Both the position numbers and the translations under genes were made by a program. Under the pieces are notes generated by a model. That model ran no database searches and was not told where the DNA came from. It worked only from the letters and a program-made list of their open reading frames with translations. A stretch of 64,000 bases of DNA from an uncultured Lachnospiraceae bacterium. Lineage in GTDB: Bacteria > Bacillota > Clostridia > Christensenellales > UBA1242. The DNA lies in NCBI GenBank assembly GCA_964393975.1, contig CAYMVO010000004.1, positions 4,101 to 68,100 of the forward strand, in the 5' to 3' direction. Positions 39,658 to 47,692 of this stretch are shown here, piece by piece (positions within the stretch are counted from its first letter, which is position 1; the number at the start of each line of letters is the position of its first letter).

Positions 39658-41496
39658 ATGAAAAAAGCAGTAGTAATAGGTAGTGGTCACGCAGGTGTGG
39701 AGGCGGGACTCGCACTGGCTAGAATGGGAATAGACACTACTCTACTCACTCTAAACCTAGACAGTATATCATTTTTGGCGTGCAACCCCTCAATAGGTGG
39801 TACAGCAAAAGGGCATTTGGTATGTGAAATAGACGCGCTTGGCGGGCAAATGGGCATAAACACCGACGCAACGCTCATACAACTAAGAATGTTAAATCTT
39901 GGCAAAGGTCCAGCTGTACAATCACTTAGGGCGCAAGCGGACAAAAACGAATATCATAATGAAATGAAAAGGACTATTGAGGACCAAAAAAATCTCCACC
40001 TAAAGCAAGCGGAGGCGACCGAAATCGTTGTGGAAAACGGCGAGGTAAAAGCGGTAAAGACCGCACAAGGCGATATATTATGCGCTGACGCGGTGGTGGT
40101 TGCGACCGGCGTATATCTAAATAGCAACATCATTATTGGCGACTACACGAGAGACGTTGGACCGAATGGTTTTTGTAATGCAAAGCACCTCACACAAAGT
40201 CTTATAGATATAGGTTTTACGATACGAAGATTTAAGACTGGCACACCTGCCCGTGTACATTTTGACAGTTTGGACTTGTCAAAAATGACCGCTCAATATG
40301 GTGATGAAAATATACAAACATTTAGTTTTTTGACCGATAAACAGCCCGAAAACAAGACCAAGTGTTACCTCACCTACACGACCGAAAAAACAAAGGATAT
40401 CATATTAAAAAATCTAGACCGCTGTCCTATGTTTAATGGAACTATCAACGGTATCGGTCCTAGATACTGCCCTAGCATAGAGTCAAAAATAGTGCGTTTT
40501 GCAGACAAAGAAAGGCATCAAGTATTTCTAGAGCCTGAGTCACTCTCCACAAAAGAATACTATGTACAAGGTGTTAGCACTTCTATGCCAATTGACGTAC
40601 AAAAAGAGATGTATCGTAGCATTATTGGATTGGAAAATGTCGAGATTTTAAGAGACGCATACGCTATAGAATACGACTGCATCGACTCTACCGAATTGTA
40701 TCCAACTTTGGCGTTTAAAAAGTGCAAAGGACTCTACACCGCAGGTCAAATAAACGGCAGTAGCGGATACGAGGAAGCAGGCGCGCAAGGGTTAATCGCA
40801 GGTATCAATGCTGGACTATATCTACTAGGGAAAGAACCCCTTATACTAAAGCGAAACGAGAGTTATATAGGCGTACTTATTGATGATTTAGTGACAAAAG
40901 GCACAAATGAACCTTACAGAATGATGACAAGTCGTGCGGAATACAGACTCCACCTTAGACAAGACAACGCCGACCTTAGACTCACCCCTTATAGTATTGC
41001 GATAGGTTTAGCGAGCGAGGAGCGTAAAGCACGATTTGAAAAGAGACTAGCCGAACTAAGCCAAGCAAAGAGCGAACTAAAATGCACTTTTTCGCCCGAT
41101 AGCGTGCGAGAGTTGTTTGAGGCGACGAGCGAAAACCTACCAAAGAGCGGTATCACGCTAGACGGTATCATTAGGCGAAACAATATTGACGCTATCAAAG
41201 CAAAACAATACCTCAATGTGTTTGACGGCGTTAGTGATTTGACACTGAAAACACTTTCAACCGATATAAAATATGATGGTTATCTAAAGCGTGAGGATGA
41301 GCAGATTGAGAGGTTTATGAAAAATGAGAAAATCACACTACCTAAAGACTACGACTACTCCACTATTTACGGACTGAGAAAAGAGGCGCAAGAAAAACTA
41401 AATCATATAAAGCCAACCTCACTAGGTCAAGCGAGCCGTATCAGTGGTGTAAATCCGGCAGACATAGCGGTACTACTTTGTAATTTTAAGAGATAA
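39658..41496 (+). CDS. mnmG: tRNA uridine 5-carboxymethylaminomethyl modification enzyme MnmG (GidA)
   Basis: Start set at MKKAVVIGSGHAGVEAG (ATG 39658). SIGGTAKGHLVCEIDALGG, GPRYCPSIE, QINGSSGYEEAGAQG. Confidence 0.97.
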   Translation: MKKAVVIGSGHAGVEAGLALARMGIDTTLLTLNLDSISFLACNPSIGGTAKGHLVCEIDALGGQMGINTDATLIQLRMLNLGKGPAVQSLRAQADKNEYHNEMKRTIEDQKNLHLKQAEATEIVVENGEVKAVKTAQGDILCADAVVVATGVYLNSNIIIGDYTRDVGPNGFCNAKHLTQSLIDIGFTIRRFKTGTPARVHFDSLDLSKMTAQYGDENIQTFSFLTDKQPENKTKCYLTYTTEKTKDIILKNLDRCPMFNGTINGIGPRYCPSIESKIVRFADKERHQVFLEPESLSTKEYYVQGVSTSMPIDVQKEMYRSIIGLENVEILRDAYAIEYDCIDSTELYPTLAFKKCKGLYTAGQINGSSGYEEAGAQGLIAGINAGLYLLGKEPLILKRNESYIGVLIDDLVTKGTNEPYRMMTSRAEYRLHLRQDNADLRLTPYSIAIGLASEERKARFEKRLAELSQAKSELKCTFSPDSVRELFEATSENLPKSGITLDGIIRRNNIDAIKAKQYLNVFDGVSDLTLKTLSTDIKYDGYLKREDEQIERFMKNEKITLPKDYDYSTIYGLRKEAQEKLNHIKPTSLGQASRISGVNPADIAVLLCNFKR

Positions 41497-41509
41497 GGAG
41501 ATTTATTTT

Positions 41510-42283
41510 ATGAGAAATATAGTTATCACGGGTGCTTCGAGCGGAATAGGTAAACGCTTGAGCGAATTATTTGAAAAGACCGACACCGTAATCACGATAT
41601 CTAGAAGTGGCGAAGGTGAAAGACATTATACTTGCGATGTTGCGAATGAAAAAGCGGTAAAAGAGACTTTTGACAAGATAAAAGAGACTTACGGACATAT
41701 AGATATCCTTATAAACAACGCAGGTTACGGGCTATCAGGTGCGGTGGAGCTACTCCCGCTAAACGAGATAAAAAGACTCTTTGATGTGAATTTTTTTGGC
41801 GTGTTAAACTGCACCCAAAACGCTCTCCCACTAATGGGAAAAGGTGGTAAGATTATAAATATCAGTTCTGCGTGCGCGATTTTTGCACTGCCTTTTAGGG
41901 CAATGTACTGCGCTAGCAAATCGGCGGTCAGTTCGCTAAGTTTTGGTCTAAATATGGAATGCAAAAAATCTGGGATACAAGTATGCGCCGTTTGCCCAGG
42001 TGACACAAAAACAAATTTCTCAAAAAATCGTGTTAAAATCAATGAGTCCAACGAGCGTTACGGTGATAGTATCATAAACTCCGCTACAAAAATAGACTCA
42101 AGAGAAGACAAACGAATGAGCGTAGATAAGGTCGCTTATCAAATATATAAAGTAATTAATAAGAAAAAATTACCTTATCAAAAGATAATCGGCGGAAAAT
42201 ACAAAATCTTTTATTTAGGTCTTAGACTGCTACCAACTAATTGGTTTTACGGGCTAGTAAATAAAATTTTCAATAAAAAATAA
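41510..42283 (+). CDS. short-chain dehydrogenase/reductase family oxidoreductase
   Basis: 257 aa; ITGASSGIGK, NNAG, YCASK catalytic motif. Confidence 0.85.
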   Translation: MRNIVITGASSGIGKRLSELFEKTDTVITISRSGEGERHYTCDVANEKAVKETFDKIKETYGHIDILINNAGYGLSGAVELLPLNEIKRLFDVNFFGVLNCTQNALPLMGKGGKIINISSACAIFALPFRAMYCASKSAVSSLSFGLNMECKKSGIQVCAVCPGDTKTNFSKNRVKINESNERYGDSIINSATKIDSREDKRMSVDKVAYQIYKVINKKKLPYQKIIGGKYKIFYLGLRLLPTNWFYGLVNKIFNKK

Positions 42284-42301
42284 AAAATTTTTAAAAAACT
42301 A

Positions 42302-42330
42302 TTGCAAAAGATAGTTTTTTTTGTTATACT
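42302..42330 (+). promoter_or_regulatory. sigma-A-type promoter for tRNA-Glu
   Basis: TTGCAA-17 nt-TATACT, 17 nt upstream of the tRNA 5' end. Confidence 0.55.
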
Positions 42331-42347
42331 AATTTTGTTTTCAGTGA

Positions 42348-42422
42348 GCCCTCATGGTCAAGTGGTCAAGACGCTAGCCTCTCACGCTGGAATCAGGGGT
42401 TCGACTCCCCTTGGGGGTACCA
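42348..42422 (+). tRNA. tRNA-Glu (anticodon CUC), CCA encoded
   Basis: Hand-folded cloverleaf: acceptor GCCCTCA/TGGGGGT (two G-U pairs), D stem GTC/GAC, anticodon stem CTAGC/GCTGG with loop CTCTCAC, T arm AGGGG-TTCGACT-CCCCT, then A-CCA. Confidence 0.85.
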
Positions 42423-42425
42423 AAT

Positions 42426-42445
42426 AAAATTAGTCAGTTTGACTA
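42426..42445 (+). repeat. tRNA 3'-flank repeat, left copy (AAAATTAGTCAGTTTGACTA)
   Basis: 18 nt (42428-42445) recur exactly at 44039-44056; the first 11 nt also recur at 44029-44039. Confidence 0.8.
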
Positions 42446-42451
42446 TTTAAG

Positions 42452-42480
42452 ATTGTAGATAGAATATCTACAATTTTTTT
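42452..42480 (+). terminator. intrinsic terminator after tRNA-Glu
   Basis: ATTGTAGATA-gaa-TATCTACAAT followed by T6-7. Confidence 0.8.
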
Positions 42481-42546
42481 ATCATTAGATGCTTACTATA
42501 TATAAACGATTGTATAATAAATGTTGGGGTGGATAGATAATTTAAT

Positions 42547-42586
42547 AAAAAAAGACAAAAACAATTGTTTAAAATTGTAGTTGTCT
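42547..42586 (-). terminator. intrinsic terminator after the protease gene
   Basis: Minus strand AGACAA..ACAATT-loop-AATTGT..TTGTCT followed by TTTTTTATT. Confidence 0.7.
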
Positions 42587-42598
42587 CAATCTAAAAGA

Positions 42599-43321
42599 TT
42601 AATTTTGTACAAAAGCATTTATTGTTGAAAAAGGCAAAGCGAAAGAAACACCTTGTATAACTTCACCATTGTTGTCTCTTAATCTAAAACTTATTACGCC
42701 CAAAAGATTTCCGTACTTATCAAAAACAGGTCCGCCACTATTTCCTTCATTTATAACAAAACTTGTTTGGATTGTTTGTATTGTTTGTTCATTGTAAATA
42801 ACATTTTTTTCACTGCTAGACACTACACCAGTAGTAAAAGATAGACCGAAGCCACTAGGATTACCTATTGTATAAATTGTTTGTCCGTTAAATATATTTT
42901 TACCTATTTTAAAAAATGGTGTTTTCTCTTTTTCAATTTTAATTATTGCCAAATCTGATGTTTCACTGACCTTAAAAATTTGAGCATTAACCCATTCATC
43001 CATATCTGCTGATCGCACTTGAATTTTATCATAATTACTATTTGTTGAAGCGTTATATACTACGTGTTTGTTAGTTAGTATTGTGCCATTATTATTTATA
43101 AAAAAGCCTGTAGCATATCCCCATGTATTTTCATCATTTGTGGTTTTTATTTCCACAACTTTCATTATATTATTTTCAAAGGCAGATTCAGTATTGTTTG
43201 CATTAAAAAAGTAGATACACGAAAAACCATTTAAAATAACTAAAACCCCGATAACAACATAATTTATTATTGTAACATTTCTACTCATATCAATTTCCCT
43301 ATATTTTTTAAATCCATACAT
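42599..43321 (-). CDS. trypsin-like (S1/HtrA-type, no PDZ) serine protease, membrane anchored
   Basis: 240 aa; TM VVIGVLVILNGFSCIYFF; triad contexts TNKHV, SDLAIIK, GNSGGPVF. Confidence 0.8.
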   Translation of the reverse strand: MYGFKKYREIDMSRNVTIINYVVIGVLVILNGFSCIYFFNANNTESAFENNIMKVVEIKTTNDENTWGYATGFFINNNGTILTNKHVVYNASTNSNYDKIQVRSADMDEWVNAQIFKVSETSDLAIIKIEKEKTPFFKIGKNIFNGQTIYTIGNPSGFGLSFTTGVVSSSEKNVIYNEQTIQTIQTSFVINEGNSGGPVFDKYGNLLGVISFRLRDNNGEVIQGVSFALPFSTINAFVQN

Positions 43322-43421
43322 TTATAAAACTTATATTATTTTTTGTCAACTATTCATGTTTTTGTCTAGCATTTTTACCTTATTCAGCGTTGCAAGCATC
43401 TCGTTTATATCTCTTAGTATT

Positions 43422-43852
43422 TTACCAATACAAACTTAAATTTTTTTTAATCGTTTCTTCACCTCTAGGTTTAAAAACACCCCAAAAACCACAATATTCC
43501 AAACCTATGTTTTGAACAAACATATCAGTTATCATATTATCTTTATAACTATAGTAAATAAATACTTCACCATATTTTTTATTAAACTCTTTTGGGATGC
43601 AAGTCATTCTATAATCAGAAGAAACAATATCAAACGCTAAGGCATCAACAAAATCTTTAATTTGTGTAACCTTTATGTTAATATTATTTGCATCATAATA
43701 ATTTTGTAAACTGTCATAAAATTTCACATTATAAACTTGCTTTATGTAATTTTCAAAATCAAATCTTGTAAAATTTTCGCTTTTACCTAGTATTTGTTTT
43801 AGTTTGCTTTTAAACTCTTCAAGTTCGGCATATTTTTTTGCTTTAAATTCAT
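43422..43852 (-). pseudogene. hypothetical gene interrupted at an A7 homopolymer (frameshift or phase-variable)
   Basis: ATG 43852 gives MNLKQKN..., which stops after 17 codons. One extra A in the A7 run (plus-strand T7, 43833-43839) joins it to the open frame ...KKYAELEEFKSKLKQILG...VKFYDSLQ of the 101-aa track ORF. Confidence 0.5.
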
Positions 43853-43882
43853 TTTTATATATACATCCTTAAATATAAAAAT

Positions 43883-43911
43883 ATAGTAACACATAATGTA
43901 AAAAATGTCAA
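43883..43911 (-). promoter_or_regulatory. sigma-A-type promoter for the frameshifted ORF
   Basis: Minus strand TTGACA-17 nt-TACTAT. Confidence 0.5.
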
Positions 43912-44038
43912 TAAAAAGCGAATGCTATTAAGTACCTAGAGTTAAGAAAAAGTTATAAATAACTATTGGTGCTTTTGTTCTCCAGCTCTTTTAATACTTA
44001 CAATTTTAAACAATAAACCAAAAAGATTAAAATTAGTC

Positions 44039-44056
44039 AATTAGTCAGTTTGACTA
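44039..44056 (+). repeat. tRNA 3'-flank repeat, right copy
   Basis: AATTAGTCAGTTTGACTA is identical to 42428-42445. It is preceded by the partial duplicate AAAATTAGTCA and followed by T9. Confidence 0.8.
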
Positions 44057-44076
44057 ATTTTTTTTTAAAAAAATAG

Positions 44077-44105
44077 TTGACATTTTATGTTTTTATCGTT
44101 ATAAT
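44077..44105 (+). promoter_or_regulatory. orphan perfect-consensus sigma-A promoter
   Basis: TTGACA (44077-44082), 17 nt spacer, TATAAT (44100-44105); no annotated gene downstream on the plus strand. Confidence 0.6.
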
Positions 44106-44111
44106 ATGTCT

Positions 44112-44236
44112 GTTCTTAATGTAATTGAGGTTAAGAACAGGTTGTTTCATAACCTTTTTTATTGTTTTTATCTTTTTGTATGTAAATTCATGTGTATTTA
44201 CAAAAAAAGCCCTTGCAAATAAGCAAGGGCTTTTTG
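44112..44236 (+). ncRNA. candidate small RNA or small-peptide mRNA (about 125 nt)
   Basis: Between the orphan promoter and the terminator lie hairpins CTGTTCTTAA/TTAAGAACAG (44110-44140) and TGTAAAT/ATTTACA (44181-44202), plus the terminator. It contains a 26-38 codon hydrophobic Cys-rich ORF. Confidence 0.35.
44208..44235. terminator. bidirectional terminator (237-aa gene and candidate sRNA)
   Basis: AGCCCTTGC-aaataa-GCAAGGGCT flanked by A7 and T5. Confidence 0.85.
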
Positions 44237-44237
44237 A

Positions 44238-44951
44238 TTAATATATCTTTATTAGTAATGCAGTAAAATCATTATATAGTTCTTTTAGAGGTTTTACCTT
44301 TTTCATAACGCCATCAAACGCCATAGCGAGTGCGGATATTATTTTCTTATTACCTATCTTTAAGGCGTCAATGAGTGCTTTTACGTATATAGAAATCTCC
44401 TCTTTCTTTTTATCCTTTATTTTTGGGTGAATATCCGCTAAATTTTTAATCTCTTGCAGTTTACGTATAATCTTATCTTGTAGACTACTCTCAGTTTTGG
44501 TTATGATAGGCTTTTGGACACTATCCACATCAAACCTCGCTAACACATCGTTTTTGAAAGGGACTAGCATTGTCTTAGCAAAAACAAGATACTCCCCACC
44601 AACATCTTTAGACTTAAAATAATTCGTAATAAAATCATAAAAATCAATCTTTTTGTTATCCACTTCCACCAAAAAGCAAAAAACTAATGCGATACGCTTA
44701 TAGTCTTCCTCAGGCATCTTAAAATACTTTTCGCTAAAATTGGATAATTTTGACTTTTCAAACTCATCATCAAAATTAAAATTCAACAAACACTCCGCCA
44801 TAAGATTATAGAGTTCTTTACTTTGGGCGATTGATTTTAATATATTAGAAATTTTTATATCGGCAAGTATAAACTTCCCATTTATCATCTCATCGCAAAA
44901 CTTACTAAATTCTCTTATTTTCTTAGCTTCTTCCGAATTAATGCTCCTCAT
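44238..44951 (-). CDS. hypothetical protein
   Basis: 237 aa; GAGGAG RBS; predicted helical; no family recognised. Confidence 0.6.
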   Translation of the reverse strand: MRSINSEEAKKIREFSKFCDEMINGKFILADIKISNILKSIAQSKELYNLMAECLLNFNFDDEFEKSKLSNFSEKYFKMPEEDYKRIALVFCFLVEVDNKKIDFYDFITNYFKSKDVGGEYLVFAKTMLVPFKNDVLARFDVDSVQKPIITKTESSLQDKIIRKLQEIKNLADIHPKIKDKKKEEISIYVKALIDALKIGNKKIISALAMAFDGVMKKVKPLKELYNDFTALLIKIY

Positions 44952-45028
44952 ATCTCCTCACCAATTTTGTAATATATAATAGAATAACACAAAACAAATA
45001 AATTTTGCAATAATTTTAATAAAAAATA

Positions 45029-45057
45029 TTGCATTTTTTGTAAATTGCTTATATACT
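45029..45057 (+). promoter_or_regulatory. sigma-A-type promoter for the DUF4364-like gene
   Basis: TTGCAT-17 nt-TATACT with an A-rich upstream element. Confidence 0.45.
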
Positions 45058-45156
45058 TAAAGTGTTGTAAATGTATTGATTTTTATTTTTTGAAACAATC
45101 AAACAAGGTTTTGCATTAGTAAAATACTAAAAAATTATATTAAAAGGAAAAATATT

Positions 45157-45705
45157 ATGTCAGTTGAAATGCCAGAATCAGCAGTAAATAAATTAATTCT
45201 TATGTTTGTACTAGATAAAATGGAGATACCTTTATCTAACAGTTCTATCATAGATATATGCACACATAGAAATTCGTGGCTAAGCTACATAGAGTGCGAA
45301 GAGATTATACCTACACTGCTAGATAACAAGCTCATATATACACCGAGCAAGCACGCTTCAGAGCCGTACTACGCACTCACCTACGAAGGGCGAAATTGTC
45401 TAGCAATGTTTTTCAATAAAATACCGCAAAAAATACAAGATGACATAGCTAGTTACTGCAAGACAAACATTCAAAACGTCAAGAGGCGTCAAGAGTACAT
45501 CTCAAAATATGAAAAAATGGCAGACGGTAGCTATATAGCGACCTTCACAATACGCGAACCTATTATGGGGACGCTCTTTGAAATGGTCGTAAAATTGGAC
45601 AATCGCGCCGCCGCCATTAACGCCACAAAAAAATGGATAGATAAGGCACCCGAAGTATACGAAACAATTTTTGTCAGTCTACTAACCACCGAAAATGGTG
45701 ACTAA
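45157..45705 (+). CDS. DUF4364-like putative winged-helix regulator
   Basis: 182 aa; N-terminal KLILMFVLDKMEIPLSNSSIIDIC...YIECEEIIPTLLDNKLI resembles the DUF4364/PadR-like pattern (from memory, unverified). Confidence 0.45.
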   Translation: MSVEMPESAVNKLILMFVLDKMEIPLSNSSIIDICTHRNSWLSYIECEEIIPTLLDNKLIYTPSKHASEPYYALTYEGRNCLAMFFNKIPQKIQDDIASYCKTNIQNVKRRQEYISKYEKMADGSYIATFTIREPIMGTLFEMVVKLDNRAAAINATKKWIDKAPEVYETIFVSLLTTENGD

Positions 45706-45706
45706 T

Positions 45707-45732
45707 GGAAGTAACACTTACTTCCTTTTTTT
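45707..45732 (+). terminator. intrinsic terminator after the DUF4364-like gene
   Basis: GGAAGTAA-cac-TTACTTCC followed by T7. Confidence 0.85.
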
Positions 45733-45873
45733 AGACTGTACAATAAATGCTGGAGTGGAAAATTTGATATATGTAATAGCATAAGCGTTAGTAATTATTG
45801 TTCCGTTAGATAAAATTAACTCACCTAACCCACACCTTATCACAACGCTTTTTGTTTCTGCTTTAATTTTCAT
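45718..45873 (-). pseudogene. internally deleted relic of a trypsin-like protease paralogue (51 codons)
   Basis: Hand translation: MKIKAETKSVVIRCGLGELILSNGTIITNAYAITYIKFSTPAFIVQSKKRK. It parallels protease 42599..43321 at MKVVEIKT..GYATGFFINNNGTILTNKHV and the tail FSTINAFVQN. No RBS; catalytic His context lost. Confidence 0.45.
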
Positions 45874-46071
45874 AATCAAATTTTGTTACATATTAAAAAT
45901 TCACTAATAGTTTTAGGTACAATGGCTAGAAAATATAAATTAGCTTCAAGACTTATCATACAAACAATTATTGTCAATGTTCAAGTTTCTTTTCCATAAT
46001 CAATTTTCATTATGGCACAATAAACAAACTGTCAATATATATTTAAAAACTTAAGATAGTATAACAAATAT

Positions 46072-47580
46072 TTATATCAAAAGGTAAAAATATCTCCCGC
46101 CACTAATATAACTACAAAAGTAATTAACATTATGTTGCTTGAAAATTTTTGTATAGTAAAAATATTCCATAAAATCACCTTCAAGAGGGGTGATGTATTC
46201 GGTTGCTTGCTTTACAAATTTATCTTTTAAACGCTTTTTATATTGTTTAATGATTTTACTCATTGGCTCGCCATTTTTTAAGAGTGTAGTCGCCTCTTGC
46301 AAAACTGCTTTCAAAATCTTTTTCGCAGATATATAAATCGCTTCTTTATTTTCACCAAACAATATTTTTGGCATTTTTATTCTCGTTTCTATTGTTTTTG
46401 AGGAGTTTTCAAAAATATTTTTTATACCTTTTGAAGTCAAAGAGTTTGTATTGATAAAATATGTATACAGTTTTTCGGGAATTAAAGAAATCTTTCTAGC
46501 GTAAAAATAATAATCATAATTGAAAGTTGTATCTTCGTCATAACTCAATTTTTCGTTAAAAGAAATGTTTTTGTTTTTTATGATACACAATCTATACATT
46601 TTATTCCACAAAACCGGAAACCAATAGTTATTAAACATATTCAAAAATAAATCAGAACTGCGACTAGACATAATCATATTTTCATCAAGTCCATATTGCC
46701 TTTTTTGGTCGGAGACTTCGTTTATCCCGCACATAGCCCAATCTACTCTACTCTTTTTCATTTCAAACAAAAGCTTTTCAAAATAATTGTTTTCTAACTC
46801 ATCATCGCAATCTAAAAACGACATATATCTTCCGGTCGCAAACTTGAGTCCCAAGTTTCTCGCACTAGAAACGCCACCATTTTCTTTCCAAACATAAGTA
46901 AAATTTTTGTTATCTTTGCAATATCTCTCGCAAATTTCTCTACTCGCATCTCTAGAGCCGTCGTCTACTAAAATAACTTGCAAATCTTTATATGTTTGTG
47001 CAATTAACGAATCTAACATTCTATGCAAAAACTTTTCGCCATTATAAATAGGTATAACTACTGAAATTGTTTCATTAATATACGGCAATAAGGTCTCGCC
47101 CTCTATGAGTCCTATCCTTTTAAACACACTTTCAATATACTCGCCTTTATTCAAAAATAGTATTTTTTCGGCATAAGCGTCATCACTTTCTCGCAAGATA
47201 TAACGAGCAAACTGTTTTGACATATTGCAAATAAATTGTTTTGAATTGTTCCGCTTAAGATATCTACACAAATACTCCTCTTTGCTATGAATATTAGGGA
47301 ATATTAAAAAATAGTCGAGTCCTTGGTCTTTGCAATAATCTATCGCATTATAGCTCACAAAAACATAGTCGTATTTTTTAATAGCCTCTTTAATCGCTGA
47401 AAAATAATTGTTTGGAAAATCAGGATTGATTTTTGTTTGCAACCCTTTTCTATCCTCGACATTTTCATTAGTCAAATCTAAATATCTATACCTTGACTCT
47501 TCCAAATCAAGAGCGTTTTTATACTTTCCGCAAAAAGTTGTCTTACCCGTTCCAGCAAAACCATAAACAATTATTCCCAT
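46072..47580 (-). CDS. fusion protein: N-terminal P-loop NTPase domain + family 2 glycosyltransferase
   Basis: Start set at MGIIVYGFAGTGKTTF (ATG 47580). From about residue 170, VVIPIYNGEKFLHRMLDSLIAQTYKDLQVILVDDGS and DCDDE form a GT-A/GT2 signature. Confidence 0.7.
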   Translation of the reverse strand: MGIIVYGFAGTGKTTFCGKYKNALDLEESRYRYLDLTNENVEDRKGLQTKINPDFPNNYFSAIKEAIKKYDYVFVSYNAIDYCKDQGLDYFLIFPNIHSKEEYLCRYLKRNNSKQFICNMSKQFARYILRESDDAYAEKILFLNKGEYIESVFKRIGLIEGETLLPYINETISVVIPIYNGEKFLHRMLDSLIAQTYKDLQVILVDDGSRDASREICERYCKDNKNFTYVWKENGGVSSARNLGLKFATGRYMSFLDCDDELENNYFEKLLFEMKKSRVDWAMCGINEVSDQKRQYGLDENMIMSSRSSDLFLNMFNNYWFPVLWNKMYRLCIIKNKNISFNEKLSYDEDTTFNYDYYFYARKISLIPEKLYTYFINTNSLTSKGIKNIFENSSKTIETRIKMPKILFGENKEAIYISAKKILKAVLQEATTLLKNGEPMSKIIKQYKKRLKDKFVKQATEYITPLEGDFMEYFYYTKIFKQHNVNYFCSYISGGRYFYLLI

Positions 47581-47692
47581 AACTCTCTCCATAAATTAAA
47601 ATTTTTCTAATAAATATCACAAATTTATTCTATCTTAAAAAAATAATTTTGTCAACTTTTTTAAAATTCTTAAATCCCCACCATAAACATTA

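Noticed and set aside
45021-45039. 19-mer AAAAAATATTGCATTTTTT shared with 61856-61874
   Set aside because: Both copies coincide with predicted promoters (A-rich UP-like element plus a TTGCAT -35). The similarity reflects promoter architecture and is not a mobile repeat.
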